Of a stretch of DNA of 64,000 nt, positions 13,938 through 26,884 are shown piece by piece. The number at the start of each line of letters is the position of its first letter. Position 1 is the stretch's first letter. The notes beneath the pieces were generated by a model. That model had not been told where the DNA came from and searched no databases. It saw nothing but the letters and a program-made list of their open reading frames with translations. The stretch is from positions 434,001-498,000 of the forward strand of contig OZ210885.1 in NCBI GenBank assembly GCA_964658305.1, read 5' to 3'. Origin of the DNA: Leptogorgia sarmentosa (taxonomy: Eukaryota). A program made the position numbers and the translations under genes.

Positions 13938-14157
13938 GGTAGGTTTCGGCAATTCTGCATGTTTTTTCGCAATCAGTGGTAGGTTTCGACAATTCTGGTT
14001 TTGAGTAAATTCTGATTTTCGACTGAAAGGGGGTATCCTTTTTGCACGTTATATTTGTGTCAATCAACAACAGTGCAAAGTGGAAACCGGAAATTTGTAC
14101 AAAATTTCGTTTTCGAAAATCAGAATTCAGTGAACACCGGAATTGCCGAAACCTACC
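13938..14157. mobile_element. MITE-like inverted-repeat element
   Basis: ggtaggtttcggcaattc ... gaattgccgaaacctacc. Confidence 0.6.
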
Positions 14158-14369
14158 ATTGATTATTACAGTTTATTTTACTGGGATTAAAATTTCTCAG
14201 CCGAGAATTAAAACAAACAAAATCGGCGTTCTAACACCTGGAGATTTTTTTCCAGCATGCAGAGCACTTTCTAATCATTTGCACCTTCTAACCAATCAGT
14301 ATACACATTATATGTATTAATTTTGTTATGCCGATACTAGCGATCACGCATTGAGAAATTGGTGGGTTA

Positions 14370-14562
14370 ACTTGCAACTTTCGCTGCGATTTCCAGCGCA
14401 ACTTTCTCCTTTTGATGGATGTGAACGAGTAAACTAGTTACAAATGTATGGTGAACAAAAATGCACTCAGCACATTCGTTATTAATCCACTCATTCACAT
14501 CCATCAAAAGGAGAAAATCGCACTAGAAATCGCAGTGAAAGTTGCAAGTGTAAACGGGCCTT
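14370..14562. mobile_element. Foldback/MITE
   Basis: acttgcaactttcgctgcgatttc...ttttgatggatgtgaa pairs with ttcacatccatcaaaag...gaaatcgcagtgaaagttgcaagt. Confidence 0.65.
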
Positions 14563-17500
14563 TAGTGTTTCTTTCAACCACGTTATGTTTAATAAGATGC
14601 TTTATAGAGCTATCAGAAGTCAGAACCAGGCGATATAGAACTCGTAATCAATATATAAAATGAAATTTTTATTTATATAGCTACCAATAACTGAAAAGTA
14701 TCTAAAGTTCTGCTCTCTTGAGATCTTCCTAACTCCTAAGCAAACGATTTAATAAGATTACACGTTTCGAACAATGGCGATCTGCATGGACTTCCCGCGG
14801 TTAGGTTTTCCATCCCGACTTCGCGCAAAACATTAATTCCTGATTCCTGAATACAACTGAACTCTGGAGTCTGGACTGTGTGATTATCTGGTACTTAGTG
14901 CTACATCACGAACCCACAGTTTTCGTCGCTGCACGTCAGAAGGATTGCATGTGTGCAGTTCTATTTTTTGCAACTGCTTCACATGCAATAAAAGCCTCTT
15001 CAACTCTCAGCACAGCTGCCACAGCACTGTCAGACATAGCTATTCCATCTGGTTGGTATAATTATGTTACCAATTGATGCAAGTGATCTTGATATTGCTA
15101 TCTGATCATTGCTGAGAGTCAAGCTATCAAATTCAATTGCCCTGGCCAGCTGACTTAAAACTTGCCTCTGTCTCGAGCTATTTTTTGCAGAAATCGTTAC
15201 ATGTCTTCTCAGACTGCCAAATGTTCTTAATATCTGGTGTTGTTGGGCTATTTTCGACTCAAATTGTTGTAGTAATTCATGACAGGAATTAACTAGTCAA
15301 GATTATTCAAACACTTTACTTTGCAAGCGACAGAGCATATCAACATATTATGAAATACATTGTGTCGCTAGCCAATCAGCAAGTGACCTATGGATTGTGA
15401 TTGTCTATAATGTGATTGTGTTTGACGCTTAAATCAAACAAGCCAAGTTTACATGTTGTAATTTTCACCACTTTCCTGCCAAATTGCCTTAAAATAAACC
15501 AACACAAAGAGTATATTATTGAAAATAGTGTGTATATTAACTGTAGTTTTGGTATTTGAACATACACAAAGTCATACTTTTGAAGCAGAATCGATTGCAA
15601 TGTTGTTTTCACGGTAGGCGGTGCTAAACACATTGAGTTGAAAATTAAACAGTAATCTTAAATCCACAGCAGGCTCTGAAATATCGGAACGTAAACTATT
15701 TGTCATTTCCTTGGTTGCTCTCTCGAGGTTGGGCCTTGCCTTAAGCTGTTCGTCGCTAGCATCGCTACAATAACCAGCGCTAGAAGTTCAACTCATTTCT
15801 GCGTTGACAAATTCGAAACAGTTGCCTTAATTTGCTTCGTGTTGAAGATACTTGACATTTGCATCGTTAAAAGATGAGCGGTAGGTCTAAAATTTCGCGA
15901 CTTTTATAGTATGAAGGAAATATTTGAAAATGATATGTTGACATGTACTTTTCTTGCTTGTAGATCGCCGGGCAAGACGCGGTGACGATGATGTAAGTGA
16001 ACCGTTTTATTCTGTACCATAATTTTGGTTGTGTAGCTAATGTATCGGTGATTATACAAATTAATGTTGCCATATGGGACTAGGGTGCTGCCTCACAATG
16101 TGCTGTTGCGCGAAACATATGAATCAGATGATCAACTGTCTTTGCAAAGGGCGATAGTAAATAAAATAATCAAAAGTTTAGCATTAGGAAAGTGGAAATT
16201 CTTCTTACGCGCGTGTATTTATTTTGTCAAACGATCGTACCCTTCGCTCGTATCCATGTGTTGTCAACCATTAGCATTTGGCACAGTGCTTCGGCAAAAC
16301 AAAGTATTAGCTAGGCTCTACCGTCCATTTCAAGTAAAATCTTACCCCAAATTATATTTTTGCATTTGATAACTGCAGTGTGTTTTATTTGCGGCATTTC
16401 GAGACGACATCTTTTGTAGGAATGCTGATACTTCGGAACATATGGCCAATTCGTAACCATGCATGCTATTAAAATGACTAAATCTTTGATAATAAACACC
16501 GACGCTCGAATCAACCCGCTATTATATTTCTCAGGTGAAGATTGCCTAAATATAGTACAAAATCTTAATGTGCTTGTATGTTTTATACAGTACATTATTT
16601 GTATATATTTCTTTCTGGGTTCGTGAAGCCAAAATGTTTCTCACAGTATATTAATTTTGTACCACGAAAGCACTGCTATAAAAACTTGGATATAAATGCC
16701 GTTTTGTTTAGCTATCGAAATTTTCCTTGGTGGATTAATTTTGCGGTATTATTCAGTTATCTTAATTATCTTAACAACACCTGTGATATATGCAGTTGAT
16801 ATTTTGGACCATAGACCTTGGTACTGTTGTTATCTGACAGCGGACTTTGTGTATTACTGACATGTTGCATTATTGTTAACAGTAAAGCATGCCTATATTC
16901 AGTATATTGATTTTATATTTGAACATTGCAATAGCAGCATTGACATGTCATGAAATACAGCTGTAAAACATTTAGTTTTGAAATATGATACTGTATTTTG
17001 AGCAAAGCGCTGTTTTGAAAATAATGAAAATATGCTGTTCATTGCAAATAATACAACACTTATTTTTGTACAAACCATTTATCTTTTACGTGGTATTACT
17101 CAAATTCTATAGTAAAACGAATTAAGTAATTTGAAGAAAATATCATGCATCGCTATATAAAACTACGATATCCTAATATTCAGCCATTTAAGCTGTGTGG
17201 CTATCTATTAGCTTTTGTGTGACAAACTGTTTGAACAGTTTATTTTGCATGCTAATCAAGATTGTTTAACTGTGTTATCACTTGCTTCTGTCCATTTATT
17301 CAGTCTTATGCCACATAAAAATCCTGTCTTTCATAATCATGAATATATTTATGTCACACTTGACTTGTATCATATTTTTGCTCACTTTTCTGAAAGGCAG
17401 AGCAACAAACGCTAGCCTATGTAAATATGCATGAAAGATGATGTGAATTTTCTAACTGTAACGTTAACCTACACAGACGTTGGTTGGAAATTTCCTAATT

Positions 17501-18340
17501 AACATTTTAGTCCAGAGACGATGGCGAGTGAATGTCAGTTATGTCTGCTTGGCCATATAATCAACCACAAAAAATTTTCGCCTATTGCTGTTTATAATTG
17601 CAATAAAACCTGAAAAAACATGTGTCTTTATCCTGTTTTCATGTGTCGTTCGCTGTGAACAAGACTACATGAGTACACAGTCATCGTGCCTGCAAATGGC
17701 TGTTGAGTGCGAACATCAAAGTATTTTCTCTATGTCTTTTATATGCTATCAGATAACCTATTCAGATTAATTATCTGTTTGGGTTCGCATGGAGACAAAC
17801 TGTGTCTTAATGCCAAGATATTTGTTAACGAATTACAGTAATACCTCAGAGCAATATTTTAAATATTTGCATGCGCGCGTGTTCTTTAGTTTAATATATT
17901 CTGCTGCCTTTCAGTCTCTTTACGGCTTTCGTTTGAGAACTAGTGTACAGGTCACTTACAATTGCAATAAAATGTAATACCGAGTCGTAATTGTTGGTAA
18001 TTTGCATATTAAATAGATGGCGACACAATCTTGACGTCACGAAGCTATAAAGCCCTGCGTTTATTACGATTAAGGCATATATCTACACACACAATGCCTT
18101 TATATTATGCAAAGCTTATGAATATCCTAAAACATGGACCGGAGATTAAGAAAAAAAATTATATTGTCATTTGCATGGCTTAAAGCAATTAAACATTCGG
18201 TCAATGTGAGTGCGTTCTACAGGGTGTCTCAAAAAAGACAAGTCTTTGAAATTTAAATTATCATATTGTATTGAATTCAAATGACAAGCATTATCTCCTT
18301 ATCTAAATTTACTCTTTTGTTTTTCATTTAAATATCTCAG

Positions 18341-21300
18341 GATGATTTGGCCCAGCAACGTGAAAAACGCAGACTAGAACGTGAGGAACGACGGAAGCAG
18401 AGAGATGCGGAAAGCAATCAGGCTGACTCTGACAGGCAGAAAGCCAGAGAGGAACGACGCAAGAAGAGAGAATCTGGTACGAATTTATAGCCCACATAAA
18501 ACGCATTGAGGCGCGACTGAGGTGGCCTGTTCTCCAGTCCGCTCCAGGCTACCACTGAGGTTGCCCAATCATTATGCTACCCTTTTAAAGTGAGAAATCG
18601 TCAGACATGAATATCAAATGAATTTCCTCAAAGTAAATTCCAAATGCGAAGACGGTACTATTAATTAATTAATTCATTCATATTTTAATGTGACCGTTGG
18701 GTCACAATATATGGGTGTGTGCTTACCATCCTCACTTGCCAGTACTAAAGCTGAACTGTGTACGATGCAGGTCAAGTGGAAGTTTTTTTAAGTGCTCCCT
18801 CCACGTTATGAGTCGTGTCTGATCACGAAGTATAGCTGCAATCCTGGTCAAAACATCGACGACACATATACGATTATTTTATGGGGTTTAGAGCAAAATA
18901 AAGAACCCTCCCCCTTTCCCCCGCCAATCAATGTTGAATGGTGTTCCATAACATGTTTAATGCATTTAATTTGACATGGACTCAACATTGTTTTGGGGTA
19001 AACAAAAGGTAAAAATTTATTAGGGTGTAGTTACAGTATATGATATTCTGTATTTTACGTTGGTTCACGTGCTTCTATATCCATTATTTACAGGAGAGGA
19101 CACTGGTTCTGCAGCAAAATCTCGCCGGTACGTAAAACATTTAAATACTCGTAGAACGTTTACATGGTAAATTGCACATGGGCATATACAAGCATGCATT
19201 ATAATCGGCACACAACTTTGGCTGACCGCTTTGCCTGGTAAAATCCTGATTACGGCTTTCAGTTGCAGCGAATTATATATTTAGCAATCTTGGAATTTTT
19301 TATACTTTTACAAAATTAGCCGTCCTGAAAAGTCAAAGAGAAAAGTTTTTAAATAACTCAGGCAAGGACGAAAGATTTGACTGCGCATGCGCAAATGTAA
19401 CATTGCACTTCAAGAGTAATAGTGACGGATCGGGTTTTTTCCGAGAGTGACTTTGGTAGCGTTGTCCTCAGAAAGAATTTGCCGAGGTACTATTTAACAA
19501 TTAGACAACGAGGTCGAGTTGTCTAATTGTTTTAGTATACACTCTATGCCCAGAATGATTTATACCAAGAAAATTCTCCAGAAACCTCAGCAAAAGGCGA
19601 GTTTTCTGCTGGCTATTGCTTTCCTTTGCTTTTTCGCGAACCGTGGTCTATCACAGAATATACGACGGCTGAGTAGCCAATCAGAATGTAGCATTTGTAA
19701 TAGACCATGGTTGGGTGTATACTAAATTGCTATACACTTTTCTTAATCTCAGGCTTCTTCCTTTGTTTAGACAAGAAGAAGAAGCTAAGAAGGCGAAAGA
19801 AGAGGAAGAACGGAGAAAGAAGCAACAGCAAGAGGAAGCAGAAAGAAAACGTCGCCAAGAGGAACAGCAACGACAACAGGAAGTACGTGTTCATTATCTT
19901 AAGTTACGGTAAATAATCAAAATACATAGTTGGATCAAGAAATATATCGTACATGAATAATGGCATTTCGTTGTGGTGCGTGGGCACAACCAGTAAAAAT
20001 AAATTTCTGGTACAGTCAGGGTACAGAGAGTGCTAATGCACACATTGGCCTTTGTGTTTTATAGTATGTGGATGAAATTTATTGGTATTAAGGCTGTTGT
20101 TTATATGTTGATTTGAAACATATAGCACATGATAATCCTGATCGTACTTGGTTTCAGATTCGCAATCTATTGACCACATAGTTCATTTACATTTTTATTT
20201 TGCTTAAATGCTTAAAAGAATTTGAACACATGAACTTTTATCAAACTGAAAATATTACCAGAAACTCGCTATATATAGCGCTACTCACGGTAAAAAACAA
20301 CACCACTTAATAGGCAGCTTTAGCAAACACAACGCGACGTCAAAGATGACGTAAAAATGGCGTGAAAATGACGTGGACACATCTATAGATGGGCATATCA
20401 CGCCATTTTTACACCATTTTCGCGTTCTCTTTGACGTCGGGTTGTGTTTGCTAAAGCTGCTTAATAAGTACATGCTGTAGTGTAATTGCCTTTTGCTTCA
20501 CGCCACCATGGTTGGCGTCGAGCGAGAAAATTTTGAGAATTTAGAGCCTCTAGATCGCCGGAAACGGCCATTTCAGAGTGTTAACCAAAGTCTTAACACT
20601 CAGAATAGAGTCTAGAGGTCTTTGATGTAGTACAACCACAGCTTGCGGGGGTTGCCCAGCCCTGCTGTTCATTGTTCAATATTTGTTGTTCATTGTTCAT
20701 TGTTCCTTTATAGTATTTATTGTTTCATTGTTCAATATTATTATTTTTTCATTGTTCAATATTAATTGTTTCATTGTTCAATATTAATTGTTTCATTGTA
20801 CAATACAACCCTTGCGTTTCATTGTTCAATATTAATTGTTTCATTGTTCAATACTAATTCTTGGTGTTAGGAAGAAGAAGAGGAGGAGGAAGAAGAGGAA
20901 GAAGAAGCTCCTCCACCTGCTAAGTCCGCCAGCATTGACAAGACTGATGGCCCCAAGACTGCTTTTGATAAAATTGATGATGACAGAAAACGTGAGTTCT
21001 GTCATTTGTATTATTTGAAGATTTACATTTTAAGAATTATAACATGTTTTTCAATTTATATCCTTACATGTCTTGTTTTTTAAACATTTTGACTGTTGCC
21101 ATTTTTTAATAACTGAGACAACCCTTGCACTAAAATTGCGATTATATTACAGGTCGAATCATTGATTCTTTGATTGACCGTCTGTATGAGCTTGCTGAAG
21201 AAAGAGATGCCAAGAACAAACCCGCAACAAAAACTGCTACATCCGGGGCATCATCCGCTGATATCAGTTCATTGGATCTCAAAGTACGTTCATTGCGTAC

Positions 21301-22571
21301 GCGCCTGCGCAATGCTGAGAATGCCACAGAAAGTCTGGCTAAACAACAGAAAGATATCGAAACGAAAATCAAAATGAACCATCAAGAGGTATGTGGTGAA
21401 AACCAGTGATCGTAACATCATTATTCTCGATTGCATATGACGTCACAACCTATCAATGGCCGCAATCTTGGTTGACAGTACGAAGTTTATTTCAGCTATT
21501 TACAACAAATAAACACAGCTATTTCACCGTTTCGTGGTATATTTTGAAATTGACAACCATGCTCAACGTATTATTGATTTTAAAAAGTGCCCGTGTCTAA
21601 TGCTTGTGTTGTTGTGCACGTGTTTTGAAATGTCAACCAAGATGGCGGCCAATTGCCAACAACCTATAAATGAGGTATTAAAACTAAATTGGCTTAGCTA
21701 TGATCTAGAGCTCATTGTTTTAAGAAAGGTCATTATTTATGATTGAGAACATCCTCAGGATTCACACGTTTTTCAAATCTTCTCAAACCTTTTTAAATAG
21801 GTAGAACGACTTCGCAAGGAATACGCTACTGCCGAGTCTGAGTATAACGAAGCCATCAAGAATGGTGCAGTCTTGCCTGAGGCACCAAAACGCGGACGAG
21901 GATCGGGCGCTGGCAAAGGCGCAGGTTTCTTTGACGTCGTTAAAAAAGCTCAATCATCACTCTGGGAAGACAAATTCCGTGCATTCAAAGAAAAACAACG
22001 AGAATCTGCATCGGTAAGTTGAGTGGTGTAAGGATCGAGCTTCAATGTGCAGGGGAACCTCGAGCAATGTCGCACTAAGCATATTTTATAAGACATGTTT
22101 AGAAGAAATGTCACCCAACTTGTGACAGTGTTCGTTTAGGGACTTAACAGTTTTGAAATTTCTAACTCATTAATCATTAAATGAGCTATAAACGTAATGT
22201 TGCAAACTAATTATAGAGTCGTAGGTACAATAATTGTGAATTGTGAGCTATATTCAAGGACAGGATTTACAAAAGAAAGAATGATGAAGAAAAAACAGTA
22301 TTTTTCAATTGTTAACATGGGAATTCTTTGTTGCGTTTGTTAGAGCCAGCCCGCATGGGTGAATAACTTACGAAAGAGTGACAATATTATTGGAACAACC
22401 GTAATGAAACGTGAAGATCCTGAGAAGAAAAAAGAAAAAGCAGCCTGGCAAAACCAACCCAAGATCCACAAGGCCGTCATTGACCCACGTGCTAAGAAAG
22501 AGGCGGAGCCTGCGGGCGCGAAGAAACCCGCATGGTCAGGTGTAGCCTTAAAGAAGGCCGAGAAAAAGTAA
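18341..22571 (+). CDS. Charged coiled-coil protein with C-terminal (P/A)AW..(L/I)xK repeats; first exon not located
   Basis: Seven phase-consistent GT-AG exons: 18341-18476, 19094-19127, 19771-19882, 20871-20991, 21153-21388, 21801-22013, 22344-22571. They encode ER/K-rich helices, poly-E and a heptad segment. Confidence 0.85.
19491..19727 (+). repeat. Palindromic interspersed element (related to 32183-32485)
   Basis: tatttaacaattagac...gtctaattgttttagtatacac ... gtgtatactaaa, with agccaatcag near the right end. Confidence 0.6.
20500..20622. repeat. Interspersed repeat/MITE fragment
   Basis: cacgccaccatggttggcgtcgagcgagaaaattt...tctagaggtc recurs inverted at ~28643-28763 and degenerately at ~53490-53570. 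Confidence 0.7.
20665..20855. repeat. ~22-bp AT-rich minisatellite
   Basis: Repeats of attgttcaatattaattgtttc. Confidence 0.75.
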
Positions 22572-23267
22572 ACCGGAAACGAACGTTTTACTTTTTAATT
22601 GTTGTCACTTTGAGAATAATATTTTAATCAATCAGCGTTGAAATGTATGCACTTTGAAAAATTAAAAAATACATTAAGTTTATGCTGTCTTTCACTTTCG
22701 TTTTGAGCCTTTCAAATTCTGTCATGATGATTTGTGGTAATAAACTAAACCGTTAGACAAAATGGATGATCGAATTACGGTAACTTGTTGAAGATCAATG
22801 AAATCGAACACGCACTAATCAAATATTTTTAAATAACTTGGATTGGTAAAAATGTTTCTAATAATATTTGATTATACTGAATTATTGCCAAACATTTTTA
22901 AGTCGTTAATGGCAAGAAGCTAAGCGTCGTTCACCATTAGTACACTAAAACAATTGCTAAATAGAATTATTTGTATTTGGTCCGGAATAGGAGAGATCCC
23001 TGCCTCAGGGCCTTTTTAAGGATTTTTCAGCAGGGGGGGGGGGGCAAACACGAAAATGGACTATAGTGAAGGATGGAAATGTCACAAAATAGAAAGGATG
23101 GAAAGGAAAGGGAAGTAATTATGAATCAATAAAGAAGTATACATTTATGGGAGGCCCTTCCCCGGAAAATGTTTGGATTTTTGAGCTCCATAGACTTGAT
23201 TTCCTGAAAAAAGTTTCAGGGAATCTTCAAACCCTATTGGGTTGGCAGGAGGTGAGCGATAATACGG

Positions 23268-23490
23268 TTAATTCTATCTATTTAAAATAATTAAACTTTT
23301 GATTGGTTAAGAGCAGTGGGAGAATTCGTCATATCTGCTCGATAAAACACATATACGACATTATGACGTAATTATGTCGTAGATACAAATAAATAATTAA
23401 ACAATTATTGACATGCTGAATTATTAGGGCCGATGTTTGTGTTACTTGCCGAAGCCGAAGGCTTCTGGTCCTCATTCAATAATCGTTTAA
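23268..23490 (-). repeat. Palindromic interspersed repeat, family copy 2 (inverted)
   Basis: gattggttaagagcagtg...tatgacgtaattatgtcgta...gccgaagccgaaggc is the reverse complement of the 3855/26465 family. Confidence 0.7.
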
Positions 23491-25267
23491 TTCGCCTGAT
23501 CGTTTGTTTTTTGGTACGACGCCGATCTACAAATCGTGTCATAATCTGGAAATTTCCTTTTAGTTCGCGACATTGACGAAGAATCTTACCAGTTTGTGGG
23601 TCACTGTTATTGTGATTCTATATATGTGAATAAAATATCGCCGTTAGATTTAGCGTGTCAGGATCTTTTTAAAAAGGTCCTGAAGGGGGTTCATATTCCC
23701 ATTTTCCTATTTCCAGAATAATTTCATTTGGTGAAAGATGGAATGTTGCATTCAACTGACTTTATGCAAACATTCCTGCTATTGGCCCATTGCACTCTTA
23801 AATATTCATTTTTTGTATTATATTCCAAAAAAAATGAATCGACAATGAGTCCCAGTCAGAGTCAGCAGCATCACTTAAAAATTATGCAACTGACCTTAAT
23901 ACATTGTCAATTTCAATAAGATTTTAAATGCAATTCGAAAACGTCAAGTTACTAGAGCTATTGGGGAAAAAAGCACAGTTATCAAAAGTAATTCTTCGCT
24001 TCATTTTCGTTTTTTTTCTGTAGTTCTGAGAACCTATTTTTTTGTTCAATTTTCCGTCAATGAAATTTGTTTTCCTAAGATGGAAGCACGGAAAATGTTT
24101 TGATGACAAAGTATTTTTTATTTCCAAACAGGAAAAGCGTTTTCTTTAATAATTTCTTCATAAAAAGATTCATTTTGGTAAGTTTTAAGTTTTGCTAAGT
24201 TTAATAAATGTCTTTTGGTTTAAATTAGCGAATATTTGAATTGTCTTAAGCGTTGGTGTGTTCGACATCCCGAACATGTATGAAGGAAGGCCTGTCAAGA
24301 AGACAATGACAAAAACATTACAAAATTTGACGTTATTATCTTTATTTTCCGACATTACTAAGACAAATAAATGGTAGAGCTGTTATTTTGGTTTTATACA
24401 CGGTTAATATTGTCCTATGCAATCTAGATAGATTCAAATGTAAATAAAAATTTTACTTTTGTACTATTATTACTAATTGTAATAATATAACTATAGTCCC
24501 TACTATAACACATGACATATCATTCCAGAGGAGAGTAAAGCATTCGTCTTGTCAATGCCTTTCCTTCCCTTAAACCATCAAAAGATGTACATACTGTGTA
24601 GGGTGATATAGATGTTATCCTACTATCATCCATCCTTTGTCAGTCCATTCAGTTGTTCTGCTCTTCTTGTTGGTTGTTGTAGATGGTGATTTATTCTATA
24701 CAGCCTGTTATAAATTGCGGGGGATACTCTATGTTTGCACACAGGTTACATTTTACATTTGGGTTCATATTGTTCATATTGTTCATACTGCAAATTATAT
24801 TTCTCCAAATACTTAGTTAAATGCAGGTTGTTTAATTGGTTAATTATGGTCACATGAGATATAGAAAGTTTCATTTCTAAAAAGTGCAATAATGGTACTG
24901 TCCAGAGTGCCGATACTTATTATATGTGTACCCCATAACAATAACTCTCATCTTTCAAAATAGAGTTGAAAATTATTGTAGTTTTAAACCTGTTCTTAAA
25001 AAGCAATACCCTATTTTCACTTGGTATTATATAAATAGTATAAATAGAACATTCCATCTTTCACCTCATGGAAATATTCTTACCATTGCGCTCATAAACA
25101 TTCATTATCTGTATAATATTGTATACAAACATTTGGCTCCAATAAGGTCATATTGTTCATACTGCATTTGAATCACATTCTGACACAATATCAGGGATTA
25201 CAATAAACAGTGGTGGAAGAATCACTACTTGTTACTATAATATTACACTTAGATTTCTGAAAGAACT

Positions 25268-25995
25268 GTCAAAGTGCAAGGAAATTGACCTTTTCTTTCA
25301 ATTTATTGTGTCAAAGTGCAAGAAATTTGCCATTTATTTTCAAATTTTGTGTAAAATTGCAAGGAATTTGCCATTTATTTTCAATTTATTGTGTCAAAGT
25401 GCAAGAAATTTGCCATTTATTTTCAATTTTTGTGTCAAATTGCAAGGAATTTGCCATTTATTTTCAATTCATTGTGTTTAAGTGCAAGGAAATTTGCCAT
25501 TTATTTTCAATTTTTGTGTCAAATTGGAAGGAATTTGCAATTTATTTTCAATTTTTGTGTCAATGTGCAAGAAATTTGCCATTTATTTTCAATTTTTGTG
25601 TCAAACTACAAGGAAATTAAGTTTTTCTTTCAATTCATTATGTCAATGTGCAAGGAATTTGCCATTTATTTTCAATTTATTTTGCCAAAGTGTAAGGATT
25701 TTGAGCTTTTCTTTCAATTCATTGTGTCAAAGTGCAAGGATTTTTCATTTATTTTCAATTTAATGTGTCAAACTACAAGGAAATTGAGTTTTTCTTTCAA
25801 TTGATTGTGTCAATGTGCAAGGAATTTGCCATTTATTTTCAATTTATTGTGCCAAAGTGTAAGGATTTGCCATTTATTTTCAATTTATTGTGTCAAAGTG
25901 CAAGGATTTTTCATTTATTTTCAATTTATTGTGTCAAACTACAAGGAAACTGAGTTTTTCTTTAAATTTATTGTGTCAAAAAGTAGGAAATTGAC
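25268..25995. repeat. ~42-bp minisatellite, ~17 copies
   Basis: Unit caaagtgcaaggaatttgccatttattttcaatttattgtgt, with variants. Confidence 0.92.
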
Positions 25996-26464
25996 CATTC
26001 AAAATAATAATTTTCCTCTGATATTATTTTGTGTAGTATTTTATAATAATCATTGTTCTCTGAATATCCTAAAGCAATTTTACATCACTTGATCTCAGTT
26101 TCAGTTGTTGATGATAGTGCAGAATCTAAACGTGGCCCAGTAGAAACGGTTCACTGGACTTTCTCCTCCTTCTCAAAGATGGGGGGTGGGGGGGGCGATA
26201 TTGCTAGGAAGTCATATGTAGTAGCCGATCAAGGGGAGGGCACAATGGGCAGGTACCCCCGCTCCAGCTTGATCCTTCCCAGATCGTGTGCGATCGTTGC
26301 TCTAAAAGACATTTGATTTTAATGTGAGACAAATGAGTGATATAAGAAGAAACACTCGTAGGTTTGCAGGATCCCAATAGTTTGCTCATCCTAATACACA
26401 TCCCCCCCCCGGCTGTATAAACAGGCTTTCAGATGTCTCTTTGAAAGAAACAGCTCAATATTAA

Positions 26465-26853
26465 ATGAATTTTTATTGAATGAGGTCGAGTAGGATATGA
26501 GGAATTATTAAGGCTGAGGTTCGTGTTATTTTTCGAAGCCGAAGGCTGAGGCAAATAACACAAACCGAGGCCTTAATAATTTAGCATATCCTACGAGAAC
26601 CGAATTCAATAATTGTTTTATTATTTATTTGTATCTTTATGTACACGCATTGTACACAAGAACCTTCTTTGAGAAAGCCATTTGTATTTTTCAGCTTTTG
26701 GAGTTTTGGCATAAGCAGCATAAATTAGGCGACGTCATAATGTCATATAATTTTCAATATACGACATAATTACGTCATAATGTCGTATATGAGGATTTAA
26801 TGCACTGCTCTTAACCAATCAAAACTCTTGAATTATTTGAAATAAATAATAAT
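26465..26853 (+). repeat. Palindromic interspersed repeat, family copy 3 (most complete)
   Basis: Hairpin ttattgaat...gtaggatatg...ttattaaggc...gccgaaggctgagg...gccttaataa...catatcctac...attcaataa, then the shared body ending aaccaatc...aaataaataata. Confidence 0.75.
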
Positions 26854-26884
26854 TAACGTTAATATTGCAGAGCATCATTGAAAC

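Noticed and set aside
14720..15900. Possible decayed coding or transposase sequence
   Set aside because: I could not recover a sustained frame or a recognisable motif.
25268..25995. CRISPR-like array, or Cys/Phe-rich ORFs at 25285-26092
   Set aside because: The ~42-bp units are head-to-tail with no unique spacers, there are no cas genes and the context is eukaryotic. The ORFs are repeat translations.
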